DNA of 64,000 nt, from contig NC_087436.1 of NCBI RefSeq assembly GCF_036321535.1, positions 29,576,001-29,640,000 of the forward strand. Reading direction: 5' to 3'. The notes under the pieces were generated by a model. The model ran no database searches, had not been told where the DNA came from, and was given only the letters and a program-made list of their open reading frames with translations. The DNA is from Camelus dromedarius. Taxonomy: Eukaryota. Of the stretch, positions 1-13,497 are shown one piece after another. The first letter of the stretch is position 1. Every line of letters starts with the position of its first letter. Made by a program: the position numbers and the translations under genes.

Positions 1-106
1 CCCTATGACTTATTTTATAACCGGAATTTTGTACCTTTTGATCATCTTCATCCATTTCACCCACCCCCTAGTCTGTGCCTCTAAAATGATCAATCTGTTC
101 TATGTA
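1..106 (-). mobile_element. L1 3'UTR fragment
   Basis: Resembles antisense mammalian L1 3' end (ttattttataac..tttgtacctttga..ccatttcacccacccc..caatctgttct). Confidence 0.65.
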
Positions 107-1577
107 TGGGATAATTTTTATAGTCATGTGAATTTATGAAATACCATCTTACATTAAGAACTGTGCAGTACAGATATACAGGTTGTCCAATGCAAACAGG
201 TCCCACTTGAAAGAAACAATACACATCACAGATACATAATGACAGATTAAAGGGCAGAGGCAGGTAGAGATTCCAGGCCTTTTGGAGAAATCTTAGAGCA
301 GCAGAGGAGAGATCCCCCTTTACATAAACCCTCACCCTCGCACAAGGCCACAAATTCACTCAGTGCACTTGACAGCACTTTTTTCAATGGAGCAGAACAA
401 TAAGTCTGTCCTGACCATGTTATCAGGTGTACTAGGTCCTGAGGTCATTTTCTTTTCCAATCTAACACTTCATAGTTCTTGATTCTTATTCTTGGCTAAC
501 ATCAAATCCAATATTTTCCTTCAATTTTGGATGGGGAAAATTTGGATTGTTTATACTATTAATGGCATAAATGACAGGCCACATTTCTGACATGTGTGGG
601 AGGAGGTTAGAGCACCGGTGCAAGTATTTGAACAGTCAGGGCCTCTGCAACCAAGGTTATGAACTGCTCCTCCTGAGAGACCAACCGGCCAGGGCACTTT
701 CTAATTTGCATATAGGGGCTCTAGGGACTATCCCTTTCTTGGAGATTCATAATGCATATATAAAGTAAAATAAAAAATTGTCGCAGAAAAAAATATAAAA
801 TATATTTGGACTCAATATTTAACACATTGGGATAATGTCTAGCTTATCTATCCTTTTACTGAAAATTTGTCTGTTAAAATAATCTAAAATATATCACAGT
901 TTTAAAAAGATAAATTTTGATTTGCTCCAATATTAACAAGCTCACTTAATTTTGTTTACTTAAATTTTTATCCCTTGCAACATTCTTGACTTTAAGAACA
1001 GGAATTTTATTGTATTTTTTTTTCCTTCATTTCTTTTTTTAACCCCTGACTCTAAGCATAGGGACTAGCATATTTTAGGTGCTTAAATAAGTGATTGTTG
1101 AATATAAATAAAGTGAACCTTTTTTAAATTTTAATCATCCTATTATGGAACATTTTTTTCTTAAAAATAAGCCCCTCAAAGACACTGTTATTTAAAATAA
1201 ATACTGTTTAAAATAGAAACTAGAGAATTTAAGAGAGTCACAACTGTGACCTGACCTGTGAATAGGAGGCTGCTGGAATAATACTAACATGCTGAACATT
1301 GAGAGCTTCAACAAAGCCTCTTAAATTCTCTGAGTGACTTGTCTTGGAGTGTGATTACCCTCTCAAACATTCCACCAATCTGTCAATTTGAAGAAAAGGT
1401 CTTTAGCCCTTAAAAATAATATTTTGCCCTTAAATTATAACTAGTTATACAGGTAACTTAAGCCTCAGTTTGTTCATCCATAAAATAGGTGATTTGGACT
1501 ATTTTTATGGTTATTTACAATTCTAAGCATGTAAAAGGTTTGACGCTTTTTATTTACAGTATTTGGCAGGTAGACTC

Positions 1578-2236
1578 TGTTGCCGGTGGAAGCAACCGGT
1601 GTTCCAGGTTTTTGTCCCATCCCAGGAAGAATTCAGAGACAAGACACAGTGGTTAAAAAAGTAAAGTGAGGATTTATTAAAGGATGGATAGTATACTCTC
1701 AAGGGGAAAACAGGCAGGCTCAGGTGAGTGGCTGCGCTGTGTTTCTTTGGCAAGTTAGTTACATAGAGTGTAAAAATGAATGGGCGGAATATTCATTGGA
1801 GAGGGAAGGGTTTAGGGTCGTATTCCCTGATTATCATCCCAACTCCACCTTCCCAAAGGGAGGAAGGATTTTCGTCCTTATTTGGTCTGGATCGGAAGCA
1901 TCATGGTGTTGGTGCATGATGGGTACTTCTGATCTGCAAGGCTAATTTTATTGAAATGAGGGCATAGTGAGCAAAAGGTTACATTCGGACACTGGAAATT
2001 CCTGCCTTTTATCACCTTTCTTTGTTCTTCTCTAGGTCACTCATCACCCCAAAAGATATGATCCCTTATCAACCCAAAGGTTCCTACTTTTCTTTCCCTG
2101 CCCAGGGACCCCTGGTGCTCACATGATGTGTGGTTTCCTGCCATTTGGCCTGTGCCCCTCCTTTCTGCCCAATTCCTGCCATTTGGTCTGTGTCCCCCTT
2201 TCTCTGCTCATATCTAGCTATCTGCCTGCTCTAACA
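1578..2236 (-). mobile_element. Solo ERV1-class LTR, 659 bp
   Basis: TG...CA termini; near-TSD of 4 bp (actc 1574-1577 / attc 2237-2240); AATAAA on minus strand at ~1674-1679; GC-richer than flanks; internal tandem repeat (cctgccatttgg x2) in the putative U3. Confidence 0.85.
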
Positions 2237-4950
2237 ATTCCATTCAACGAACAAAATAGTATAATCTCCAAATATAAAAAAAAATAATTAATGCAATGAC
2301 TACTGAACAAGGACATACTGTTATTGAGGAAATTAATATGATACATTGGAAAGAAAATAATCATAAAAATTAACTAAGTTTGAACTTGAATCTCCTGTCT
2401 GCTTCTTTAATAGCCATGAAATCTTAGATAAGTTTATTAAAATTTTGAAAATTTATGTACTCCAGATAGAAAATGGAGACTATGAGACATAAACTATGAT
2501 GCCCATAGTTATTAAAAAAAATGTTAGTTTTCTTATATTATCCTTGCCTGCAATGTATTTTGTTGCGCATGACAAAGATCCCAGTAACTGTTTTAATGTG
2601 ACATAAACCCGTGCTTTCCAGCTTTGGTAGTTTCCCACTGATAGTTTCTAATGATGCCCAGTTTCTCTTAAGATTTATCAATAAAGTCCTTGGCCTCCAA
2701 GGAGCCAGGTGAATTACTTTTACCCTTACCACCATGAATACTAGGCTGTTTATGGCAGAGCTCCTTTAAAGCTCTGTATCTAAACCATGAACAGACCTTT
2801 CAGAAAATAGCTCCAAGTTCTCCAGAGAAACATCTAGAATATCTTAGCTACGCCTCATTCTGTCATAGCTTTTCCGTAGTTTATTTTTGCTTACTCTCAG
2901 GCAAAACACAGTGCTGATACTCCCTGAGATGAGGTTAAAATCACAAACATTCAGACCTTTTCTTTCTTGTCAAATGATGTAAACTATGTTCCACAGGCAA
3001 CTTCCCAACTCAGGTATGCAAAAGACTTGAAAACATCCCCAGAGGTCTTTCAGTTTCCTGAATAAAACCCGTAAGCCATGAGGAAAAGAGAGTCCAGCCA
3101 GACCAGATCTGGGCATCCCTTAGGTCTTTCATGCAAATATTCAGACTAATCTCTAATAATTGCATGGATATTTAAGGTTATTGCACAAATTACATTTAAT
3201 ATACCTGTGCTCACCATCTGCTCTACTCCTTGGGGAAGTGACACTGGACATTTGGGAATTCTTTTTTATATGCAATGATGTTTTATAGCTCATAAAGTAT
3301 GAATGAAATAAACCCTTTTAATTTTAATCACATATGAGACATTTATACTACTTCAAGGAGAGTTATGTATCTCTTGTTTAAAGGTGACAAATTATAGAGG
3401 CAAGGAATATACACAGGTATGCACATCCCAAATATACCACATTTCAATGAATTATTTCATTTTTACTGACTTTGTTCAAGAACAATATTTTTTAATGTAG
3501 CATCAATTCAGGCAGAAGAAAGACAGGAATTTTATCTTTCTAAGCAGATGTCAAAAACATTTAAACAGCTGTCAGACCAGTTCAAACTGTCATCAGAAGT
3601 GACCTTAAACCAAGTTTAGTTTTTAAATATTATTTAAAAAAAGAAGTGAAAAGACAACACAGTGCCGTTATGCAGCTGTCTGAAATATTAAATGACAGAA
3701 TGAACATCTGTTCAGTTGCTCTTCAAACTTTAATGGTTTGGAGAGAAATTCTGTTGTCTCAGATCTTTAAGAACATCTGAGGCCCATACAGCTTCAACAC
3801 CTGTGAAAGATCCTCTCTGAAAATGTACATTCTCACTTCAAAGTCTTTTACTACTGTTCTTTGCCAAACATATGCCAGTAAACAACAGAACATATTATTA
3901 ACAATACTTATCATATTTAAGGTCCTCTTGTAGTATATATTTCAGAGTGAGAATAAAACCCTTTGGGCTTTACTATACTTTTATTCACAGAAATACATAT
4001 TTTATTTTTCTTGCAAATACTAAAACAGAGCAATTTGGTAGCAAACAATTGAGATATCATTTTTAGCTTATCTGAACACTGGATATCTACAATTATTTGT
4101 TTTTAGAATTAGCTATAGATTAACTTGTTTGTATATTGGCTATGGTGCCATTATTTTAAATTCAGTCCTCTGAATACGATTATTTCATTTCACCTTTATG
4201 AGAAAATTATTCCTTCTGTAATTGAAAAAAAATCCTCACAGAAAAGCATCAGGCTTATATTAATGTATTATTTGAATAAAAACTACCTTGCTGATATAAA
4301 TAAAATACTTCTAGACATATATTTGCCTACTTAGCGTGAACATGCACATTCTGTTTATGTCTCTTACACACATACACCTATATGTGAGTAAGCATATATT
4401 TATATATGTATGTGTGTGTGTGTGTGTATGTGTGTCTGTGCACGTATAACAGATTTTCTACATGCTAGCAGGTGATACAGCACTCCAAATTTAATATCCA
4501 AAATCTGAAATCATCTCTGGCCAAAGAGATTCAATATAAATCAACTTATGTACATTAACAACGGAGAAACTTCTGTTCCCAGATCCTTCTTCTAACCTGA
4601 AAGCATCTTCAATTTCCCTATTGGTCTTTTGCATCTTTGAAGAGAAATCAAATTTAGGATTGAAAATCCTAATGGCTATTAAATCCAAAATTGTTTTAAG
4701 TTAAACTGGAATTTTAAAACTTGCACACCACCACATATGAGAGTTCTGAAAAGAAGCTCTAATAAACATTTCACCTGAAGAATATACATCAGATTTTAAA
4801 TGCTACCAATTGAAAAGTACTAGTGAAAACAGGAAAAAATTTAGAGGGAGACTGTACTTTTACTCTAATGCTTGGACACATGAGGGATATATCTTTATAC
4901 TGATATTAGACCCCAAAATTCAATTCCTTCATGCTCCTACAGATGAAAAT

Positions 4951-5116
4951 CAGTGGCTCTTAACTCTGGCTTTACATTAAAAATACCAGGAAAAATTTTA
5001 AAAATCCAGATACTCAGACTATACCCCAGACAAATTAATCAGAATCTCTGGGTTGACACGCAGATATTACTAGTGTTTAAAACTTCAAGCAGTTATCTAA
5101 CTTTTGGAACCATCAG
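4951..5116. mobile_element. MER5-family hAT-Charlie MITE
   Basis: cagtggctcttaac...cattaaaaatacc..ccccagacaaattaatcagaatctctggg matches the MER5A/B pattern. Confidence 0.75.
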
Positions 5117-6356
5117 TAAAAAATGTAAACAATCATACATCAAGTATAATCAAATAATAGTGTATTGCATTATCATAAAATATCACTAGAGGGTTCTAAA
5201 ATTAAATCTGAGATATACGAAACTAGAGAAACTTTGAAAAAAATTAATCTATCCTCATTATCAAAAGCAATTTAAATTTGTATTTGTATGGTATATAAAC
5301 AGATGTTTATAATGGCAACATGTAACTCTTAAAAATACATTATCATATATCCACTGAATAGTGTTATTAAATAAATTATAATTATTATTTTATTTGTGTA
5401 ACAAATACATAGAAATATTTAGAAATGTACATGATGATGTATAGAAATAATTTTGAGAGTATATCACACGAAGTCTTAAAAATCAGTATGCATGGAGGTT
5501 GGATTTTGGATAGTATTTTTTATTCTTTATTTTATAATTTTCTACCAGAAATATATGTTTACTTTGTTATAAGATGAAATTTTAAAATAATTTTAGCATT
5601 TCACAAAATTCCAAAATTGGATATTTCAAATTCTCAAAATTAATTATTTCAAAATTAATTACAGCACTTTTACAGCTTCACTATCAGTTAATTCCACCTA
5701 CTTCAACCTAATTTTTGTCATTAGGTGAAGACTTTCTAAAGGCAGACTGGTTTAAAAATGGTAATAATGAACAATTATCTTTCTATTTCACCCTTTTCTA
5801 ATTACTCCATTTGGCTAAAACTCTGGAGATCAGAGGAAGTTTGTTGTTTTTCGTTATATTCTCTACATATTATGGCATGGCCTTGGGTAGATTGCAAAAA
5901 ATAAAAAAGATTAAATTGATCAAAAGAATATAAAGGTCCTTGGATAAGGTTGCCATATTTTTGCCACAGTACTTTATTTCAGTCTGTTGAAAAAGTTTAT
6001 GATTTTACATTTCTGATCTTATTATCTCAGCCACTGCATCTCACACTAAATTATTTTAACACTCCACTGCGTTTTTCTTCATAGAAAATGTTACTGTGAA
6101 ATTCCCTGATTATTTTCCTTGTCATATTTTAAAAAACTTTTAGTAAGTCATTAGACAAAGCTTCATTTTATCTACTTTAACATGAAGAAAGTTGTATCTT
6201 CTTCATGAAGTAACCGACATTTAGAAGGCTTTACTAATATTAAAACATATTTTAAGTATTATAGTATACAGTAAATTCGCAGTTTACTTTCTAATTAATT
6301 GAGGAACTTATTAAGACGTATACTTCCTGAGAACATTTAATTAACACTAAATATGC

Positions 6357-6404
6357 TATATGTGTGTGTGTATATATATATATATATATACACACACACA
6401 TATA
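6357..6404. repeat. Compound (TG)5(TA)10(CA)5 microsatellite forming a perfect 48-bp palindrome
   Basis: Read directly: tata tgtgtgtgtg (ta)10 cacacacaca tata. Confidence 0.95.
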
Positions 6405-8769
6405 TATAAAGACGTTCAGTAACACTCTTACCGTCTCAGAGACAACCAACCAACTAACCAAGCAAAAAGGAAACAAAATACATTCACCTAAACATGACTT
6501 AATTTCTATTTAAGAAAAATCCTTTTTATTTTAAATAATTTACTACAATAGATTAAATATGGTAGCTTCAGTTGTATATTTGCAATTAAAATGCTTAATG
6601 ATTCTATATGGAGGAGCTAAATATTTAGGAATGCTAGCTAATATTTAATAGCCGATATTTACAACTTCCGGTTTTCCCTGGGAGTAACAGTAATTAATTC
6701 AGTCATTAATTACTGAATACTAACTATTCTCTTTATTACAAAGTTTTATTAATACCTTACAGTTAAACAAGTTTTATAATTTCAAGAAGTTTTTTGATAA
6801 CTCATAAATTATCTTAAAAGTAATTTGTAATTTATTCTCTCATAATTAAAATCTACATACTCAAATAAGTCGGAAATACTGTGAAATTCTGAACTAAGCA
6901 GATACAAAGCTCTAAGTTACATCAGTAAAACACCACAAACTTTGGAAATGGAACTCCCTCTAATTCAAAGTATTTGGATTAATATTTTTACGTGCTTCTC
7001 AGAAAAGGAAAACAATCCTATCAACTAGCAGTCTCATAAGCAGCTAAATTTCATGTCATTTGCAAATACTGTTTCATAATTTCTTAACTGCGTTTTTGCT
7101 TTCTCTTTAAAATTATAGTATTTAAATTTACTCTGTCTTACAAGGAGAGAGAAAACACTGATAATTAATTTCATATACTAACAAACCATGGTTCCAATAT
7201 TTACAAACTTTTTGAAAACTGTTCCACAAATGCTTTAAACTACATCATTTTCTACAATTCAGACCCTCTCTAAAGGCAGTTATCGTTCTGTTACATTGTA
7301 AAGACTAAAGATGAGCAGCATCAAAGAAAAAGATGTTAAATCTTCTACCTTAATTAATGTTCCAATCTATATTTAATTTAATCTTAACAGTATTAATAGA
7401 GAACGAAAAAAAATCAACAAGATACTTACAGATTGAAATATCTAAGATTTTTGCAGTTCATTTGTTGAATCTGGCAGCTTGAAAGACAGTATCTTTCTTG
7501 TATTTGAAGTAATAGAAATAACCTCTTCCTCCCTGTGCAATGACATTTAAAACAGAACGTAAGTTTTTTTCGTTTATTCTCTTAATGGAATGTGGATTAG
7601 GGGCATATCTCCTAAACAATTATCTAAAAAAATACCTAAAAATTTCAAAATATCCAATTACTAAGGCAATACAGACAGAGACACACACAGAGACACATAC
7701 ACTCACAGGTATGCCTGTATGTATATATGTAAATATCTTTCTATATTTATAAGTAAATTTAGTCAAATATTATATATATATATATATATATTTAAAACAA
7801 TAAATGGAAGAAAAAAATTCTATTTCTTCTTGGCTAGAAATAACATAAAAATATAAAGAGTGGATTACAAAGTGAAAATACTAAATTCTTCTTTAATCTC
7901 TGTGATAATACACGTCTGACCTTTGATCTTGCATTAAACTAGCTTTTTCTCTCACATTTTTTGCTAGTTAAGCTACTATTTGCCAAAATATGTAGGTAGT
8001 AAAAAATGTGATAGCTCATTAGCAGATGATTTACTATCTGCACATAGAGCCCAGTATGGATTCAATCTTGGCATCTGTGGCTAAATGCCATTTGGAACGC
8101 ATTTGCACAAGGACATCTTGGAGGAAATGATTTTGTGTAAACTGAATGTATGCACTGTTTAAGAGAAATTATGGATCAGGATCACAGAATGGCAGTATAA
8201 ATATATTTGATAATTGCTTACGATGTATTTGCAAATGCTGTTTCATTGAAAGCAGTAGTATTTGGCTCTATGTGTTGTCAGTTATTCTTGGCACTTCATA
8301 ATTTCTTGGCAGAGTTTAAAGTCTGAGTGGAAAACAATTTAGAAAAGTGTCACATCAAATTGGAGAGAATTATCTAAACATAATCTAGTTAGAGCAAAAA
8401 GATGCAACAATTCAAAAATGTGGCAGCATAGCTCTCATTTAAGAACAAAATGATTTGCCCTCAATGGATTTTTGCTGCAAGCCAAGCCTTGCCCTGATGA
8501 CAACAGTGCTTTACAAACAGAAACAGTATATGATACCAATACTTGAAGAAAATGTAAATGGAGAACTAGGAGAATAAAATCTGTGGAAATTAAAGTATAC
8601 TAAGCATACACATATTAGGTTCAATGGAAGATGGCCAATTAGTAAGTTATTGAAAGAAATGTGTCTAATTCAAGAAAAAAGGAGAAATTTAACACTTCAA
8701 CTTTTTTTTAAATTCCTATACTGGTTAATCTGTAGAATATTATGTTCTACAGTCTAAAAGGGCACTGAA

Positions 8770-9160
8770 TGTTTGAATACTGGAATTAGATAGTGTTCTT
8801 GTTCGGATATTCAGAATTTTTGCAGCTCCATTTTCTCACCAGTAAAAGGGAGATAAAATTATTCCAATTTCATACTGTTTGAATAACTATTAAATGAGGA
8901 AATACATATAAAACTTAGCAACAGTGACTAATATTTGAATGTTCACCATGCCCCAGACATTCTGTTTTAAACACTTTATGGATGATTGTTCTGTTAATCA
9001 TTATAAAAATGTTGAGATATATTCTCCTCTTGTTCCCATATTAATAATGAGTAATTGAGGCACAGAGAGGTTAAATAATATGTTCAGGGTCACAGGTAAA
9101 TGATGGATCATGGATAATATCTAGGCTAGACTGTCTGGTCTCTGAACCACTGTACTGCTT
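8770..9160. mobile_element. Two adjacent MIR SINE fragments in opposite orientations
   Basis: MIR core motifs: ttttctcaccagtaaaaggga and taattgaggcacagagaggttaaata. Confidence 0.65.
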
Positions 9161-12100
9161 ATTATAATACATTATGGTTTTCTCAACTTTAGTATTTGGA
9201 GGACCTCAAATGAGATTGAAAACTAGGTTAAAATGCCTGCTATATAAAAGAAAACAACACCTAAACTTGTGATTTTTATTGAAAATACCAAAATTTCCTT
9301 TTGTTTGTTATTTTTCCTTAGTATTACCAGCTACTTAAAAATCTTGTAAAACAAAGTAAACAAATCTATGTTATCTTTGACTTTGTTTTGGGCCAGATAT
9401 AGTATGCCTTATGCCATATCCGCTTGATTAAAATGCAATACAGAAAACAAAATTATACAATGAGAGTTTTGGATTTTGTTTCCTTTTAAAAGAAATCCCA
9501 TTATTATTTAGTGAAATATAAACTTTCGAAAGAATTCTAAATTTAAGGTCTTTAGAGATTAAAAATAGCTTAGTTTCTATAGCATAGTTTGATATTTTAA
9601 GAAATGAAATTATAATCAATTAGCAACAGTGAAAAGAGGGATAAGTTAAATTTTAGGCTTATAGCTAAAATATTATTCTAATCTAAAAATGAAACAAACA
9701 AGTCTTATTAAGAAAAATACATTAACTTTTAGTTTCTCTTTTGCCTAATTAATTGGATAAAAACTTGGCTATTGTTAGTAGACAGTTTTCTATAACTCTT
9801 GTAATCTCACAGTTGAAAATCAGGACTTGCAGATAATAGCAGTAAAAGTAACCTATTTTGTCTCCCACTGTTCTTCCTCTGCATGAATGAACACTATAGC
9901 AATCCCATGATTCTCTGTTAACTAACAATGCCTTATCTTATGGTTTCTTAAATTGCAAACATGATTACTAACCTGTACTTAGCATATCTAGTTTTTGTAA
10001 TATTCAAGCTTCTAATTCCGTTCAAAGTAATATATATCTTCTCCCCTGCTACCACAAGGTTCAGAGAAACGTATGAACTTCTTATTTTCCATTACAAGTA
10101 AGTACATATGCTATAACACAAGTATTGTGTTGATATGATAAACACAAATAACTGGTGGGTATAATCTATATATACTAAGGGCTCAAAATATTTCTCAAAT
10201 TAATTAACATTTAAAGAAATACAAGCATGTTTAAAATTTAACCGGAAGTAATGAAATTAAACACAAAATGAGAGATAAAAATATAGTTTTCACTCACTAG
10301 AACCTTGATCATATACCATAAAATTGAATTTGACCTAAGGTAATAAAATTTCTCTTGAGAAAATGTGCAATAGTAATATAGTTTTAATAAAAAGGTCTCC
10401 CTAATATTAGGGATTATAACTTAAAAAATATTATCAAGTTTCTGTTTTAGTTATAAAAACTCAGCTTCAAATATATGAAAAAATGGAACTAGTTAATACT
10501 TGATTTACTTTTAAACTACAGGGTTTACAAAACCTTTATTGAGCACTGTAGCTGAAAATGCCATTTCACATTTACAGCTGTGATGGAAGTCTTTTATGAT
10601 ATTTATTCCACCATGGACACCCTCAGGTCATATTTCTTCTCCTGTCAAAAAAATATTTACTTTTATCATGAGCTTGTCCGTCTACCGTACTAAAATGGAA
10701 CAAGTGAATGGTTTAGAAATCATGACGTCTCTGGTAACTATAATGGCCCTAGATATCTTGCAATTATTTTGTTATTAAAATATTTTTAAACCAAGTATTA
10801 ATTCCAAAATATTGTGAGACAAGATAAGTGAAAGAAGAGAAACCTGAATTTGGAGGTAGTAAGTATTCTCTTGCTGATTGGTAAGACAATTTATCCTGAC
10901 ACTAGTCAGGTTTACAACCTAGTCTACACAAGTCATTTAACTGGCTCTTTGACAGTATTAGAATCACTACTATTACCCAGAATATTCACTTTATAAATTG
11001 TAAGTACAAGAAGACAGACTCTCTGGATGGAAATAGCTACTTGAAAGAGTGACCTTGAGAATACAGAAGGGTAACAACTTTGTGTGCTCTTGATCTAGAT
11101 GAAGTCTATTTTTCAACACAGAAAATTAGGGAGAAACCTCAGCAAGGAGGAAAGGAAGAGAAGCTTAGCCAGCCAGGTGAGCCAAAGGAGCCTCATAACA
11201 GAACTATTGACAAATCTTGCCCTCTTTGCCTATTCATCCTGGCATGGCTCTGAAGAACAGATCCCATGCCTGATGTTTTAAACTTTGGTAAATTTATATG
11301 GCATAATATGAAGTGAAAAATTTGAAGGTACAAACTGCCAACAGGGTATTTCTCAAGGAAGAAAAATTTCAGTTTGAAGACATTCAGTGTTGTAGCTGAC
11401 AATGTGTTTTAGAAATTCAAATCGTAGATAAATATAGTTTTAGGAAGACCAGAATGGTGAGTTTTTAAACTTATGCTTAATATTCTCTAACCTTTTAAAA
11501 AGTTTTGAAAAAAGAGTATTTCTGACTACAGTTAAATTTCAAAGTTAAAAGACTCCTGTTTGATCTATGTGCATTTTAGGATAATTTATTTCACCTTTTT
11601 TTTAGGTGAAAAAAAGGTGAAATAAATATTCCACAGTTATTCTGGTGGCTTACAAATTATATAAATTTTTTCTTTTTTGACATTTTCATCCAAAGTAGTC
11701 CTTTATATTCTACTGTACTTGTAACATGAATAACCCCCAGACTTCTTTATTTATTATGCTCAAAACAAGTATTTATAGTCATAGCTCTCTTAAATATAAT
11801 CTGTCTTGCTGAGTTGTGAGGTCATTTGTCCAGCCATATACACATACAACACACAAGACTTTTCCTTCTTCTCCACCTTACATTCAATCTATCAATAAAT
11901 TACATTGATTTAACCCTCCAAAGTCCTCTTTAATATACATTTCTCCTCTCCAAGTTAATTTTAATGCCTTAGATCAAGATCTCTTTGTTTCCTATTAAAT
12001 AAAATCATTAAAAATTATCAAAGCACACAGGAAAAAAGAAAAACAGTGAACATTTCACAGAAGTGAATGAACGTCACAGCATATTTGGCAAAGAGTTCAG

Positions 12101-12840
12101 ATTACCGTTACGCAAATTAAAGTACCTTTGAGTAGTTGCTTTGCATATGTTTATTTAGAAAAGAATAAAATAAAAATATATTGTAGTGATACTGATAGCC
12201 TTGGACACCACTGGTACACCAAATATTCTTTCAATTTACTTAAAATTTTGTGGAGCAACAGATTTGAAGAGTCATAAAAATTCAGATCTTTGAATGTAGT
12301 GAGCTCTTCTTTTCACTCAATAATATATTCCTAGGAAGTGTTCAAGATAGTCACTTATCAGTCTTATAAATGTGAAACGAGATAAACTACAGATAAAATG
12401 AAATTTTCAAAATAAAAAAGCATAATTTTTCTAGTAGTGTTTACAAATGAAAGATTAACGTTTACCTATGGATGAAACATAGGAAAAAAAAAAACAAGTA
12501 TAACAGAAAACATAATTTTTGAAGCAGTGAATTCAAGATGCTAAAGTCCAAATTAGAATTTTTTCATGTTCTGAAACAGAATGCATAAAATTATATTTTT
12601 TTGCAAATTTTACTTTTCTATGAGTTGAATATTTGTTTTAAGAAATAATTACCAGTTAAATGCCTCTTCAACAAACATAACCCTCTCACGTATATTATGA
12701 ACATCTGTCACTAGAAGAAATTAAACAATATTAAACTTACAGGAAAAGGTTATATTGATACCATGTGAATTTTCTTTACTAGTTAACTTAAAAATCCAAT
12801 TTATAGGAAAAATAGGCACCTGAGAAAACGGAACATCCAG

Positions 12841-13497
12841 CCTGGTCCTTAACTTCCAGCACACACCCTCGGTAACCAGAGGCCACCCGTGATGAGGGAC
12901 CAGAAAGGACCCTGGGGGTCGCAGAGTAACGACAACTTCGAAGGCTACAGGAAGGCCCTGGATATTGATTTTGCCTCCTGCAATATGTCGTCTGTCTGAC
13001 TTAGATGACGATCATCCAGAAAGATGGTGATAAGTTCAAGGCGAAAACCAACCGCATATTTCGCAACTACAACATCAATTTCGCGGGGTGGAGGAGTTTG
13101 ACGAGGACACAAAGGGCCTGGACAACCGGAATGTTAAGACGCTGGTCATCTGGCAAAGTGATGCCCTTGTGTCCGTGCAGAAAGGGGAAAAGAAGAACCG
13201 TGGCTCCAAGCAGCGAGTCGAGGGGAACAAGCAGTACCTGGAGCTGACGTGCAGAGACCGGGTGTCCGTCAAGCGGTCAAGGAGTAATGGCGGTGAGGGC
13301 GCCTACTGAGCATGCACTCCACACTCCCTGCGAAAAGTTCTGTACTGGCTTTGGGACGCCGCCGCCGGGACCCTCCCTCTCCTGGCAGAGCCCCTTAGAG
13401 CATCCGGATGGGTTTTAAAACAAACGAGTGAGTAACAGTGACAGACACATTCGTTACTTCCTTGAAAGCTGGCATTAAACGAAAAGACAAACAAAAA
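12841..13497 (+). pseudogene. RBP2: Processed pseudogene of cellular retinol-binding protein 2 (CRBP-II)
   Basis: The three frames stitch to (V)[27 protein letters not shown] / [17 protein letters not shown] / [36 protein letters not shown], matching RBP2. RBP2-like 5'UTR from 12841. All three intron positions are fused. Start codon mutated to GTG (12889), about 3 frameshifts and an in-frame stop. ATTAAA at 13474 is followed by an A-rich tail. Confidence 0.95.

Noticed and set aside
4491..4688. Endogenous non-retroviral viral element
   Set aside because: No recognisable viral motif; kept only as a possible decayed exon.
13005..13309. RBP2-like ORFs as a functional retrogene
   Set aside because: Start codon lost, about 3 frameshifts and premature stops; no frame covers the fold.
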